Shown piece by piece: positions 37,673 to 46,873 of a DNA stretch of 64,000 bases; the stretch's first letter is position 1; every line of letters begins with the position of its first letter. Below the pieces are notes generated by a model. It was not told the origin of the DNA. It ran no database searches and saw only the letters and a list, made by a program, of their open reading frames with translations. Source of the DNA: Sedimentisphaerales bacterium (lineage in GTDB: Bacteria > Planctomycetota > Phycisphaerae > Sedimentisphaerales > Anaerobacaceae); contig JAXGYC010000010.1 of the NCBI GenBank assembly GCA_040772485.1, positions 192,001 to 256,000 of the forward strand. Direction: 5' to 3'. The position numbers were made by a program, and so were the translations under genes.

Positions 37673-39379
37673 CTACGAGAAGACGTTTCGTCGCAGTCGG
37701 ACCACCGCACCGCGCGCCAGAAGCAGCCCCGCGCCGGCATAGAGCATCGCCGGGACAACCTGACTGACGATGGACAGGAGGAACGGGCGATTGGCAATCA
37801 CGAATCGAGAAGAATGACTTGCTGGCACTGCCAGGATCAAGAACAGAAATCCGAGCAGCATCTGCGTCCCGAGGTAGATTCCGAGCGTGGCGACAACCGC
37901 CATGGTCGCGGTTCGGACCCGTGTGCCCACGTACAAGCCGAGAGTGATCAGAAAGACGAGGGTCGCTGACAGGCTGACCGCGGACATCCCCACTCTGTAC
38001 AGCACCGACTCCGAGTGACGGCCATCCTCAGGCGCCAAGAGCATCGCCGCCAGCGTCAGTATGACCACCACCGCCAGCAGAGGCCAGCTCCTCCGGATGG
38101 CCCCAAACGCCTTGCCGCGGACGATCTCGCCATTGCCCAGCGGCGTGGCCAGCAGGATCGGCCAGGTGCGGGCCTCCTTCTCTCGCGGAATGGCGCCGGC
38201 GACCGAAGTGGTCACATCCAGAATGAAGAGCAACGTGAAGACAGAGGCCGCACCCGCACAGACCGACGCGACCGGCGCATGGCCAACCACAATCAGGACC
38301 ACGACACAGCCAACGACAAGGGCAATGGCGATCGTCAGAAAGACCACGCTCAGAATACCTCGTCGGTTTCTCGGGACGCGAGGCCGGCACAGCTCCTTCC
38401 AGACAATGGGCGAGCCCTTGACCGGGCGAATGGCCCGGTGCCCCAGCCAGGAGAGGCGACCCGGTTTTTCCGCCCCGCCGCTTTGGCCGTCGGGCGAGGC
38501 ACTGACCATCGCGCCGGCCGCCGCCTTCCGCAGTCGCCAGACAGACAGCAGCAACAGCCCCCCCGCCACACTCAGCGCGACCAGGCAATGGACCGGCCAC
38601 GGGAAGACCACCGGCCCCGGACCGGAGGCCGACAGCATCGCCCGCGTCTGGCGGAACAGGACGACGTAGGGACTCGTCAGATCGAATATGCCTGTCGCCG
38701 TCGAGTTGTTCAGTCGGCTCGTCTGCACCAGTACCGCGATCAGCATTCCGGTACAGAACCAGAACAGGGTACACACCCCAACGGCATTGGTCGCCACCTG
38801 GTGCGCCTGGCGGTTCGTGACGCTGAGGCACAGACTCAGCGCGCCGACGAGCACCGCCGTCGCGAACGTCAGGCACAGGCCGCAGACCAGGAAGCTCCAA
38901 GGGACCCCTCCAAAGACCCGAACGATCGCCAGAAGAGGCAGGCTGATTGCCAGCAGAAGAACAAGCTGGAGCAGCCCACTGACGAGCTTGCCCATGACGA
39001 TCTGAATGTCGCTGATCGGTGTCACCAGGAGCGCATCGAGCGTCCTGTGGCGAATCTCCGTCGCGATGGCCCCGCTGAGCAGGATCGCCGTGAGGAGTTG
39101 CGCCATGATGAACTGGAACCAGACGATCGCGGCGGTGACGATCTTGCCCACCTCCGACATGCGCGACGCCCAGACCAGGGGCGTGGACTTGTGTCCGGGA
39201 CGCGCCACGAGCAGCCATGTGTAGACCACGACGATGCCGAAAAGACAAATATAGACACAACGCATCGCATAGAACCGTCGCCGCCGGCTGGCAACGCGCA
39301 GCTCCTTGTCAAACAAGGGCCCGGCCAGCCGCAGCGGGTTGATCTGCTCCAGTATTCTGATGGTCTGCGACGTCATCAT
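37673..39379 (-). CDS. ABC-2 type permease with two tandem membrane domains (paralog 1)
   Basis: GPLFDKELRVASRRRR; EIRHRTLDALLVTP; EKEARTWPILLATP. Confidence 0.87.
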   Translation of the reverse strand: MMTSQTIRILEQINPLRLAGPLFDKELRVASRRRRFYAMRCVYICLFGIVVVYTWLLVARPGHKSTPLVWASRMSEVGKIVTAAIVWFQFIMAQLLTAILLSGAIATEIRHRTLDALLVTPISDIQIVMGKLVSGLLQLVLLLAISLPLLAIVRVFGGVPWSFLVCGLCLTFATAVLVGALSLCLSVTNRQAHQVATNAVGVCTLFWFCTGMLIAVLVQTSRLNNSTATGIFDLTSPYVVLFRQTRAMLSASGPGPVVFPWPVHCLVALSVAGGLLLLSVWRLRKAAAGAMVSASPDGQSGGAEKPGRLSWLGHRAIRPVKGSPIVWKELCRPRVPRNRRGILSVVFLTIAIALVVGCVVVLIVVGHAPVASVCAGAASVFTLLFILDVTTSVAGAIPREKEARTWPILLATPLGNGEIVRGKAFGAIRRSWPLLAVVVILTLAAMLLAPEDGRHSESVLYRVGMSAVSLSATLVFLITLGLYVGTRVRTATMAVVATLGIYLGTQMLLGFLFLILAVPASHSSRFVIANRPFLLSIVSQVVPAMLYAGAGLLLARGAVVRLRRNVFS

Positions 39380-39541
39380 AATCTTTCCATATGCTGTTGC
39401 GTGTGGCAGACGATGGTCTGGCCATCTCATACAGATCAGGTGAAGTCCTCACGTGCAAATACGTCTGTCACCTCGGACTGCTCCAGGACTATCCAATTGC
39501 AGGGGATGAACACCATGTTGATCTGCTCCATCACTCCCGCG

Positions 39542-39643
39542 TTTGTCACCCCGAGCGAAACGAAGTGAAGTTGAGGGGTCTGGCCATGGACGGTACGCTT
39601 TCGGATCCCGGCCAGATTTCTCGCCTGCGCTCGGAATGACAAA
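39542..39643. repeat. About 100-bp palindromic REP/MITE-like element
   Basis: Ends TTTGTCACCCCGAGCG ... CGCTCGGAATGACAAA, with an inner TCTGGCC/GGCCAGA pair. Confidence 0.65.
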
Positions 39644-39690
39644 ACCGCGGTTCGCCTGTCTTCCAGGATACGGCATAATCGCTATCCGTC

Positions 39691-40617
39691 TCAGTGCACG
39701 ATACCCTTGGTCAGTTTCAGGAACGCATCGTCGAGCTTCAACTGCTCGGGCTGCAAGTACACCAGATCGACTCCGCCGGTGACGAGCGTCCGCGCGATGA
39801 CGCCGTCGGTCGGCTCGCCCTCGCGAAACGTCACGGACAGGTAATCGCCGACCTTCTCGACCTGCTGGATCTGGGGCAGCGCCGTCAGCAGTTCCATCGC
39901 CCTGTCGTCATCGCCCAGCACCTTGACGCGGACCTTGCGTTGGATGCCGAGCCGGGGCCGGATCTCGTCCATGGTGCCGCCGAAGACGAGCTGGCCGTGT
40001 TCGATGATCCCGATGCGGTCGCAGATCTCCTCCAGCTCGCTGAGGATGTGGCTGGAGATCATGATGGTCTTGCCCATGCGTTTGAGCTCTCGCAGCAGTT
40101 CGCGAATCTCGATCCGCGCCCGCGGGTCCAGCCCGCTGGCGGGCTCGTCGAGGATCAGCACCTTGGGATCGTGGATCAGCACGCGGGCCAGACCCAGTCG
40201 CTGTTGCATGCCGCGAGAGAGACTGTCCACCGCTGCGGCTTGTTTGCCCGTCAGGTCCGTCAGTTCCAGGACACCCTCGACGATGGCCTTGCGCTTGCGG
40301 TACTCGATGCCGAACGCGGCGGCGAAGAATTCGAGGTACTCGAACACCTTCAGGTCGTCGTAGACCCCCATGAAGTCCGGCATGTAGCCCACCCGTCGGC
40401 GCACCTCCTTGCCCTTCTTGCGAACGTCGAGTCCGTCGATCGTCGCGCCGCCGCTCGTCGGCTCCATCAGCGTCACCAGGATGCGCATCGTCGTCGTCTT
40501 GCCCGCGCCGTTGGGGCCAATGAATCCAAAGATGTCGCCGGCGCCGATGTGCAGGTCCAGTTTGTCGACCGCCGTCAGGTTGCCAAAGCGTTTGGTCAGC
40601 TTCGTGATCTCAATCAT
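39691..40617 (-). CDS. ABC transporter ATP-binding protein (ABC-2/DrrA type)
   Basis: Walker A GPNGAGKTT, signature LSRGMQQR, Walker B LILDEP and SSH switch. Confidence 0.95.
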   Translation of the reverse strand: MIEITKLTKRFGNLTAVDKLDLHIGAGDIFGFIGPNGAGKTTTMRILVTLMEPTSGGATIDGLDVRKKGKEVRRRVGYMPDFMGVYDDLKVFEYLEFFAAAFGIEYRKRKAIVEGVLELTDLTGKQAAAVDSLSRGMQQRLGLARVLIHDPKVLILDEPASGLDPRARIEIRELLRELKRMGKTIMISSHILSELEEICDRIGIIEHGQLVFGGTMDEIRPRLGIQRKVRVKVLGDDDRAMELLTALPQIQQVEKVGDYLSVTFREGEPTDGVIARTLVTGGVDLVYLQPEQLKLDDAFLKLTKGIVH

Positions 40618-42817
40618 GGTTCTCTTCCTTATTCGCCCCTCTGGGAAAGACGATCTGCCTGGCGACTTTGATGTGATCGACATCGTAAGAGCGGTCCTGG
40701 ATGCCGAAGGGCGGCGGGGCATCGACAAACACGGCACACACGATGGCCGCCCCCTGGCGAAGCTGGGCGTGCATCGTCTGCGTCCGGTCGAAGCAACCCG
40801 GCGCCAGGAACGCATTGGCCGCCGGCAGAGGCACCGAATCGGGATATCGCGGGACGGTGAACGACGCCATGCCTCTGCCGCCCGTCGGATTGGCCATCAT
40901 GCGCTGCGTCTGGCGCCACGGATTGAACGCTCGCGCCTTCGGCTGAAACGACCGGGTCGCCCGCGCCGCCACCGGCCCGACCTCCACGCAGGCGTCGTCC
41001 ATCACCACCACGGCGGAGACGATGGCCTCGTCGGAGAAGTTCGCTATCTCGACGGCGAGTTCCTGTCCGCGTCTGTCCACCTTGGCGTCAAAAGGCAGGC
41101 GGCCCAGCGGCGTCTCGCCCACCAGCGACTGCACGGTCCAGATGTTGATCGGCACCGAAACGGGAAGGTTCGAGCCGTCTTCCTGAACGCAGCGAATCTG
41201 CCGCATCGCCGACTCGCGCTGGTGGGCCCACATCTCTTCCTGGCTCGGGGCAATCCCGGACCACCACTGGCCGGGAGCCAGTCCTTCGAGCCGATAGTCG
41301 GCGCTGCGCGGAGAGAACAGACCTGCATAGCAGGTTGCCCAGGCGCCGTCAGCCCCGGCGGCGCCGTCGAGCACGGAGACCGCCCGCAACTGCATCCGGC
41401 CGCCGCGAAGGGCCTGGACGCCGTAGTAGGCGCCGACCGTGAAGATCACGATCCACGCCGTACTGGTCACCCACGTCCACGGCAGGCGATCCAGACGCTT
41501 GAGCACCAGGTAGTCGACGGGACCCAGCAGCAGCGCCAGCGCCGTCAGCGTGAGAATTACCCACCAAATGCTCAAAGGACGCATCTGTTTGAGCTGGTAC
41601 AGATACTCCATCACCTGATTGCCCGCGATCTGAGCGAGACTGATCCGATAGCGGTTGTCTTCGCCGTACCGTCCGCCGCGACCGGCCTCGTCCTGCGACG
41701 GGTCTTCGCCCGAGGGCACCAGCGCGATCGAACGCCCGGAACCGCCCAGGCTCACAGGCCCACGCGGGTCGTCCGGCACGTGAACCGCCTGTCCATCGAG
41801 CGGGTCTGTCAAGCAGGCGGCGATGTGCGTGGTCCAGAAACCGGCTGCCCGCGTCGCCTGGGACTGGCTCAACTGGGCGGGGTCGAAACCCAACACTGCT
41901 ACTCGGCCGAATCCGGAATACCCCAGGCCGTAGAGGTATCCGCCCTGGTCTATCTTGATGCCCTCGAGCGGCGCGGCGTTGGGCTTGGGAAACAGCGGCC
42001 ACGCCGTCACCGTCTGGTTCTGTGTCGCGTCCAGTTGCCACTGAGCCAGCGCCGCAGAGGCAAGCACGGTCTGCCTGGGCTCGCCGATTTGGAACGGGAC
42101 ATACGGCATCAGCGGATTGTCCTGGCCGGGAGGATGCCGCCCGAGAACAATCAGGAGCCTGCCCCCGTTGGAGACCCATCTGCCGATCGCTTTGAGCTGC
42201 TCGTCACGCAACAGCGTCCAGTCCGGATCGTACAGCACAAGCAAATCGAGGCTCACGAATCCGGTCCAGTCCCACGGCACCATGCGAAGCGGCTTGTTTC
42301 CGACGCAGACCTTGCCCGAACCATGATTGGAGACGCAGAGGCTCTCGCGGGGCAGCCTCAGAAGTCCGAATTGCGGCGTGCCGACCACACCGACGAGCAG
42401 GTCTCGCTCCTGAACCACACGGATCAGGCGATTGCCGCTGGAGTAGTCCCACATGTCAAGGCCCTGGTCCCATCGCATGCGGCCCCGCTGGTCGCGAATC
42501 TCCAGACGGCACCGGCCCATTCCGAACGCCAGCTTGGTCACCAGCGAGAGGGTCTGCGGGACTCCGGGAGTCAGCACGAACGCGCGCATCACGTTCAGCG
42601 TGTTCAGGCCGTCCTGCGGCGCTGAGACGATGAAGGTCCCTCCAAAGGGCTCTTTCAGATCGCTGCTAATGCCGACTTCGACGGGCGTCCATTCCATCGG
42701 CCGGTAGTACCCATCCCACCCGCAGGAGAAAGACACGTCGAACTCATCGTCGTCGGCCGCGTGGGCACACGTCACACAAGCCAGCCCCAGCAGGACCATG
42801 GCCGTCAGCTTCTTCAT
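40610..42817 (-). CDS. Large exported/membrane protein of the MoxR-VWA cluster (GATase-like middle region)
   Basis: Signal peptide, LDLLVL...WVSNGGRLLI segment, two TM helices around LLGPVDYLVLKR; overlaps the start of the ATPase gene. Confidence 0.75.
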   Translation of the reverse strand: MKKLTAMVLLGLACVTCAHAADDDEFDVSFSCGWDGYYRPMEWTPVEVGISSDLKEPFGGTFIVSAPQDGLNTLNVMRAFVLTPGVPQTLSLVTKLAFGMGRCRLEIRDQRGRMRWDQGLDMWDYSSGNRLIRVVQERDLLVGVVGTPQFGLLRLPRESLCVSNHGSGKVCVGNKPLRMVPWDWTGFVSLDLLVLYDPDWTLLRDEQLKAIGRWVSNGGRLLIVLGRHPPGQDNPLMPYVPFQIGEPRQTVLASAALAQWQLDATQNQTVTAWPLFPKPNAAPLEGIKIDQGGYLYGLGYSGFGRVAVLGFDPAQLSQSQATRAAGFWTTHIAACLTDPLDGQAVHVPDDPRGPVSLGGSGRSIALVPSGEDPSQDEAGRGGRYGEDNRYRISLAQIAGNQVMEYLYQLKQMRPLSIWWVILTLTALALLLGPVDYLVLKRLDRLPWTWVTSTAWIVIFTVGAYYGVQALRGGRMQLRAVSVLDGAAGADGAWATCYAGLFSPRSADYRLEGLAPGQWWSGIAPSQEEMWAHQRESAMRQIRCVQEDGSNLPVSVPINIWTVQSLVGETPLGRLPFDAKVDRRGQELAVEIANFSDEAIVSAVVVMDDACVEVGPVAARATRSFQPKARAFNPWRQTQRMMANPTGGRGMASFTVPRYPDSVPLPAANAFLAPGCFDRTQTMHAQLRQGAAIVCAVFVDAPPPFGIQDRSYDVDHIKVARQIVFPRGANKEENHD

Positions 42818-42849
42818 AGGAAACTCCCGCTATCCGCAATGATGCAACG

Positions 42850-44814
42850 TCAGATCCGCGCCTTCTTATTGTAGACCAACCATTCGACACACGCAAGCAC
42901 CAGCGCCGTCAGCACCAGCGCCGGCCATAATGGAACATTGGCCCGCTGGACGCCCTGGGACTGTGCCGAGACCGTCATCGTCTCAAACGCCATTTCATCG
43001 CGGGGCCCGATGCGACTCTCGTTCTCATCGACCAGGTTAGCCGCGTAGAACCGCCTCGGCTCCTCCGGCACGTCCACGGCGTACAGGCCCACGCGATACG
43101 TCCCCGGGAAACGGACCGTCCCTCCGGGATCGGGCGCGATCTGCACCGTAGACGCGTCGGGCAGCGTCACCGCGACCTCGCCTCCGGCCGCAACATCGTC
43201 GATGACGATCGGTTCGGCCACCGCCAGCTCGTGCGGCCCCCCGCTGCCCTGCTGCGCCGCCAGGTAGCTCAACGCATTGTAGCAGAACAGCACGAAGCTC
43301 GGCTCGAAGGGCCAGTTGCTCGCCAGAACGTCGAAGCCAACCAGAAGGAAGGCGCTGCCGTGCCGACGCAGCAGCGCGATCGCAGGCGACCCGCCGAACT
43401 CGGCCAGGACCTCGGCGTCGCGCGGCAACTGGAGTGCTCGCGTCCGAGCGACGAAGAGATTCGTCAGGTTCGCGTATTGCAGCACCGGATGCCGCGACCG
43501 CCAATCGACGATCACCTGATTCTCAAGCTCGCCCGGAGAGTTGACGTCGATCCCCGCAGGCACGGCCCCCAGAACAAGATAGCAGGACCGCGGCAGGTGA
43601 CGCGGTGCATGGCGGTCCAGTACGATCACGTCGTACGGATTGAGGCTGAAGGCCGACGGCTCCATCGCATCGAATGCGGTGGGCGCGCACGGGTCCAGCC
43701 GTGCAATCGGGCAGGCACGCAACGACGACTCCAGCACGGGATTGCCCTCCGTGACGAGCAGTACCGACAGTTTTTGGGGCGGATCGAGGACGCTCCACGC
43801 GGCATCGTCACACGCCAGCGCATCAGGTTCCAACTGCCGAACCTCCACGACCCCCTGCCCCTCGTGAGTCAACGAAAAGCTGACCGCCACCTTGCCGGGC
43901 GTCCACTCATGGGTCTCGCCGCCCTCCTGGCCAGGGGGGATCGTAACGGAGCGGATGGCGCGAACGTCACCATCCATGCCAAGCTGCACATCCCGCGTGA
44001 CGGCCTGTGTCCCGTAGTTGGCCAGCGATACGAAGACTTCGACCTGCTGCGGCTGCTCGTACGAGCGTCGTGCCTTCATGGCAGTGATCGCAATGTTGTC
44101 GGCCGACTCGCCGATGCGATGATAGACCAACTCATCCGATGCGACCGCAATGGCGCCCAGGTCATCGATGCGTCCGTCGCTGAACAGGACCATCCGGGCG
44201 AGCCCTTCATCGTTGCGAGGCCCGTTGTCCGGTCCCGGAGATTGGGCGAACGCCCGAGCGACCGTGACGGCTTCGCTCAGTTGCGACGTCCCGTCTCCGG
44301 CCTCAATGGCGTCAATGGCCACCATGAGTTGACGCTTGTCGGAGGTGAAGTTGCACATCACCCGGGCGTGACGATCGAAGGCAATGACCATCGCATGGTC
44401 GGCGCGGTCCGCCAGGGCCATCGCAGAGCTGCTCCGCAGTGACTCGACGAAGACCTTCGCCTGTTTCTTCGCCTCTGCCAGCCGGCTGGGCGTCACGTCC
44501 GTCGCGTTCATGCTGGCCGAGCGGTCGATCAGCACGACGTAGCGCTGTCCCGGTCCTCGGTCCAGTGACAGGACCGGTCCGGCCAGGGCCACCAGCATGG
44601 CCGTCAGCGCCAGCAACTGGAGCAGGAGCAGGAGGTTCCGACGCAGCCGCTGGAACGGCGCGTTGACCTGCAAATCCTGGACGGCTCGCTTCCAGAGCAG
44701 CGTGCTCGACACCACCGCCTCGCGCCGCTTGAGCTTGAGGAAGTAGAGCAGCAATAACAGCGGCACCGCCACCGCCGCAGCAAGAAGTCCGACGAAAGGT
44801 GTCAGCCATTGCAT
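42850..44814 (-). CDS. BatA-like N-terminal domain + VWA domain membrane protein
   Basis: VPLLLLLYFLKLKRR...SSTLLW (BatA N-terminus), MIDAS DRSAS...FSDG, and a C-terminal TM ending VEW. Confidence 0.9.
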   Translation of the reverse strand: MQWLTPFVGLLAAAVAVPLLLLLYFLKLKRREAVVSSTLLWKRAVQDLQVNAPFQRLRRNLLLLLQLLALTAMLVALAGPVLSLDRGPGQRYVVLIDRSASMNATDVTPSRLAEAKKQAKVFVESLRSSSAMALADRADHAMVIAFDRHARVMCNFTSDKRQLMVAIDAIEAGDGTSQLSEAVTVARAFAQSPGPDNGPRNDEGLARMVLFSDGRIDDLGAIAVASDELVYHRIGESADNIAITAMKARRSYEQPQQVEVFVSLANYGTQAVTRDVQLGMDGDVRAIRSVTIPPGQEGGETHEWTPGKVAVSFSLTHEGQGVVEVRQLEPDALACDDAAWSVLDPPQKLSVLLVTEGNPVLESSLRACPIARLDPCAPTAFDAMEPSAFSLNPYDVIVLDRHAPRHLPRSCYLVLGAVPAGIDVNSPGELENQVIVDWRSRHPVLQYANLTNLFVARTRALQLPRDAEVLAEFGGSPAIALLRRHGSAFLLVGFDVLASNWPFEPSFVLFCYNALSYLAAQQGSGGPHELAVAEPIVIDDVAAGGEVAVTLPDASTVQIAPDPGGTVRFPGTYRVGLYAVDVPEEPRRFYAANLVDENESRIGPRDEMAFETMTVSAQSQGVQRANVPLWPALVLTALVLACVEWLVYNKKARI

Positions 44815-44841
44815 AGGTGCTTTGCTCTCTTCCTTCCGCGC

Positions 44842-45750
44842 TCACGCCAGCAGGCGAACGCGGCGCAGATAGTTCAAGACCAGCGACTCAACCGAATCGG
44901 CCGAGTTCGCTCGCACATAGACCGCACCGCGACGGGTGCAGAACTCGTTCAGCTCAGCGCAGTAGGCCGCCAGGTTCCTCCTGTAGTATTTCAGCAGAGC
45001 GGAACTGACGGTGATCTCCGCCACATCGGCGTCCTCGATATCGAGCAGCTTCAGGTCCCCGACCAGTTTCGGCTCGATCTCCTGCGGACTGAGCACCTGA
45101 ATCACGTACAGGTCGTAGCGGGCGCCGATCAGCCTTCGCAGCGCTGCTTCGTAGCCCTGCTTGAAAAGAAAATCGGACAACACGACCGTAATGCCCGAGC
45201 CGATCCGCCCGGCCTCCGCATCGCGGCAGGCCCTCTCGAAATCGGAGAATCCACCGCAATCGGTTGTCAGCAGCATCTCCGCCATCTGGGGCAGATAGGC
45301 CCGGCCGCGCATGTTCGCCAACCGCACGCGCACCCCGTCGGCGAACAGGCTGATCGTCACACGGTTGTTGTTGACCAGACTGACGTAGCCCAGTGCCGCG
45401 CTCAACCGCTTGACGAACTGCGCCTTCGACGGATCGCCCACGCTCATCGACATGCTCACGTCGGTCAGAAGGTGGACCGTCAGGTCCTGCTCCGCCAGGA
45501 ACAGCTTGAGGAACAACTGATCGAGCCGGCCGTAAACGTTCCAATCGACGAAACGCAGGTCGTCGCCTGCAACGTAGGGCCTGTGATCGGCAAACTCCAC
45601 GCTCTGGCCCCTCTGCTTCGAGCGCCGCTCGCCCTGCATCTTGCCCTGGAGAATCTTGCGGCTGAGCACATCGAGCGAATCGAGCCGGGCCATGAACTTG
45701 GCGTCCAGCAACTCGGTCAGCTTTCGCGTTGTCGATCGCGTGCCTGGCAT
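44842..45750 (-). CDS. DUF58 domain protein
   Basis: GQSVEFADHRPYVAGDDLRFVDWNVYGR, DVSMSM and VVLSDF. Confidence 0.93.
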   Translation of the reverse strand: MPGTRSTTRKLTELLDAKFMARLDSLDVLSRKILQGKMQGERRSKQRGQSVEFADHRPYVAGDDLRFVDWNVYGRLDQLFLKLFLAEQDLTVHLLTDVSMSMSVGDPSKAQFVKRLSAALGYVSLVNNNRVTISLFADGVRVRLANMRGRAYLPQMAEMLLTTDCGGFSDFERACRDAEAGRIGSGITVVLSDFLFKQGYEAALRRLIGARYDLYVIQVLSPQEIEPKLVGDLKLLDIEDADVAEITVSSALLKYYRRNLAAYCAELNEFCTRRGAVYVRANSADSVESLVLNYLRRVRLLA

Positions 45751-45771
45751 AGGATCTTTCTCTCAGAACAA

Positions 45772-45841
45772 GTCCTTTGGGTCCTTTTCGTCCCTTAGGT
45801 CGTCAGGGACCAAAAGGACTTACGGGACCAAAGGGACCTAA
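45772..45841. repeat. Inverted pair of 9-mer tandem arrays (GTCC-N5 / GGAC) abutting the moxR stop
   Basis: GTCCTTTGG GTCCTTTTC GTCCCTTAG ... GGGACCAAA AGGACTTAC GGGACCAAA GGGACCTAA. Confidence 0.75.
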
Positions 45842-46854
45842 ACCTTCAGATCTGTCGTGGTTGGCGTATTCTTGATAATATCACCGAGCACCTCGTCGGT
45901 TCGAATCCCCTCGGCCTGGCCCTCGAAATTCAGCAGGATGCGATGCCGCAGCGACGGAAGCACCGACTGCGTGATGTCGTCGAACCCGACATGGTAACGC
46001 TCGTTCAGCATGGCGCGGACCTTGGCGGCCAGCACCAGCGCCTGCACGCCGCGAGGCGAGGAGCCGAACCGCACGAACCGATTGACCATCTCCGTCGCGA
46101 ACTCACCCTCCGGGTGCGTCGACAGCACCAGGCGAATTGCATAGTCCTGCACGTGGTCGGCGATCACGACGCGGCGCACCAGTTTCTGCGCCCACAGGAT
46201 CTTCTCGCCGTCGGCGACCGACTCGACCTGGGATTCGTGGCCCGTGGTGGTCCGGTCGAGGATCGTCTTGAGCTGCCGACGGTCGCTGTAGCCGACGAGC
46301 AGTTTGAAGAAGAACCGGTCCAGTTGCGCCTCGGGCAGCGGATACGTCCCCTCCTGCTCGATCGGGTTCTGCGTCGCCAGCACCATGAACGGCGAGGGCA
46401 ACGGGCGGATCCGGCCACCGCTGGTGACCGAATGCTCCTGCATCGCTTCGAGCATGGCCGACTGCGTCTTGGGCGTGGCGCGGTTGATCTCATCGGCCAG
46501 GATGATCTGTCCGAAGATCGGGCCTTTCTGGAACTGGAACTCCCGCCGCCCGCTCGCGGCGTCCTCCATCACGATGTTGGTCCCGACGATATCAGCGGGC
46601 ATCAGATCGGGCGTGAACTGAATCCGCCGGAACTCCAGCGAGAAGGCCTGGCTCAGCGTACGGACCAGCAGGGTCTTGCCCAGGCCCGGGACGCCTTCGA
46701 GCAGCACGTGGCCCCCGCCGAACAGCGCGATCAGCACATTGTCCACGACGCCCTCGTGCCCGACGATCACCTTGGCGACCTGGCCACGCAACGCCAGAAA
46801 CACCTCGCGAAACTGTCGGCACTGTGCTTCCACTTCTTTCTCGCTCGTCGTCAT
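45838..46854 (-). CDS. moxR: MoxR family AAA+ ATPase
   Basis: LLEGVPGLGKT, RIQFTPDLMPAD, ADEINRATPKTQSA and ATQNPIEQEGTYPLPEAQLDRF; AGGAG RBS. Confidence 0.95.
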   Translation of the reverse strand: MTTSEKEVEAQCRQFREVFLALRGQVAKVIVGHEGVVDNVLIALFGGGHVLLEGVPGLGKTLLVRTLSQAFSLEFRRIQFTPDLMPADIVGTNIVMEDAASGRREFQFQKGPIFGQIILADEINRATPKTQSAMLEAMQEHSVTSGGRIRPLPSPFMVLATQNPIEQEGTYPLPEAQLDRFFFKLLVGYSDRRQLKTILDRTTTGHESQVESVADGEKILWAQKLVRRVVIADHVQDYAIRLVLSTHPEGEFATEMVNRFVRFGSSPRGVQALVLAAKVRAMLNERYHVGFDDITQSVLPSLRHRILLNFEGQAEGIRTDEVLGDIIKNTPTTTDLKV

Positions 46855-46873
46855 GTTGTTCTTCTCCTGCAAG

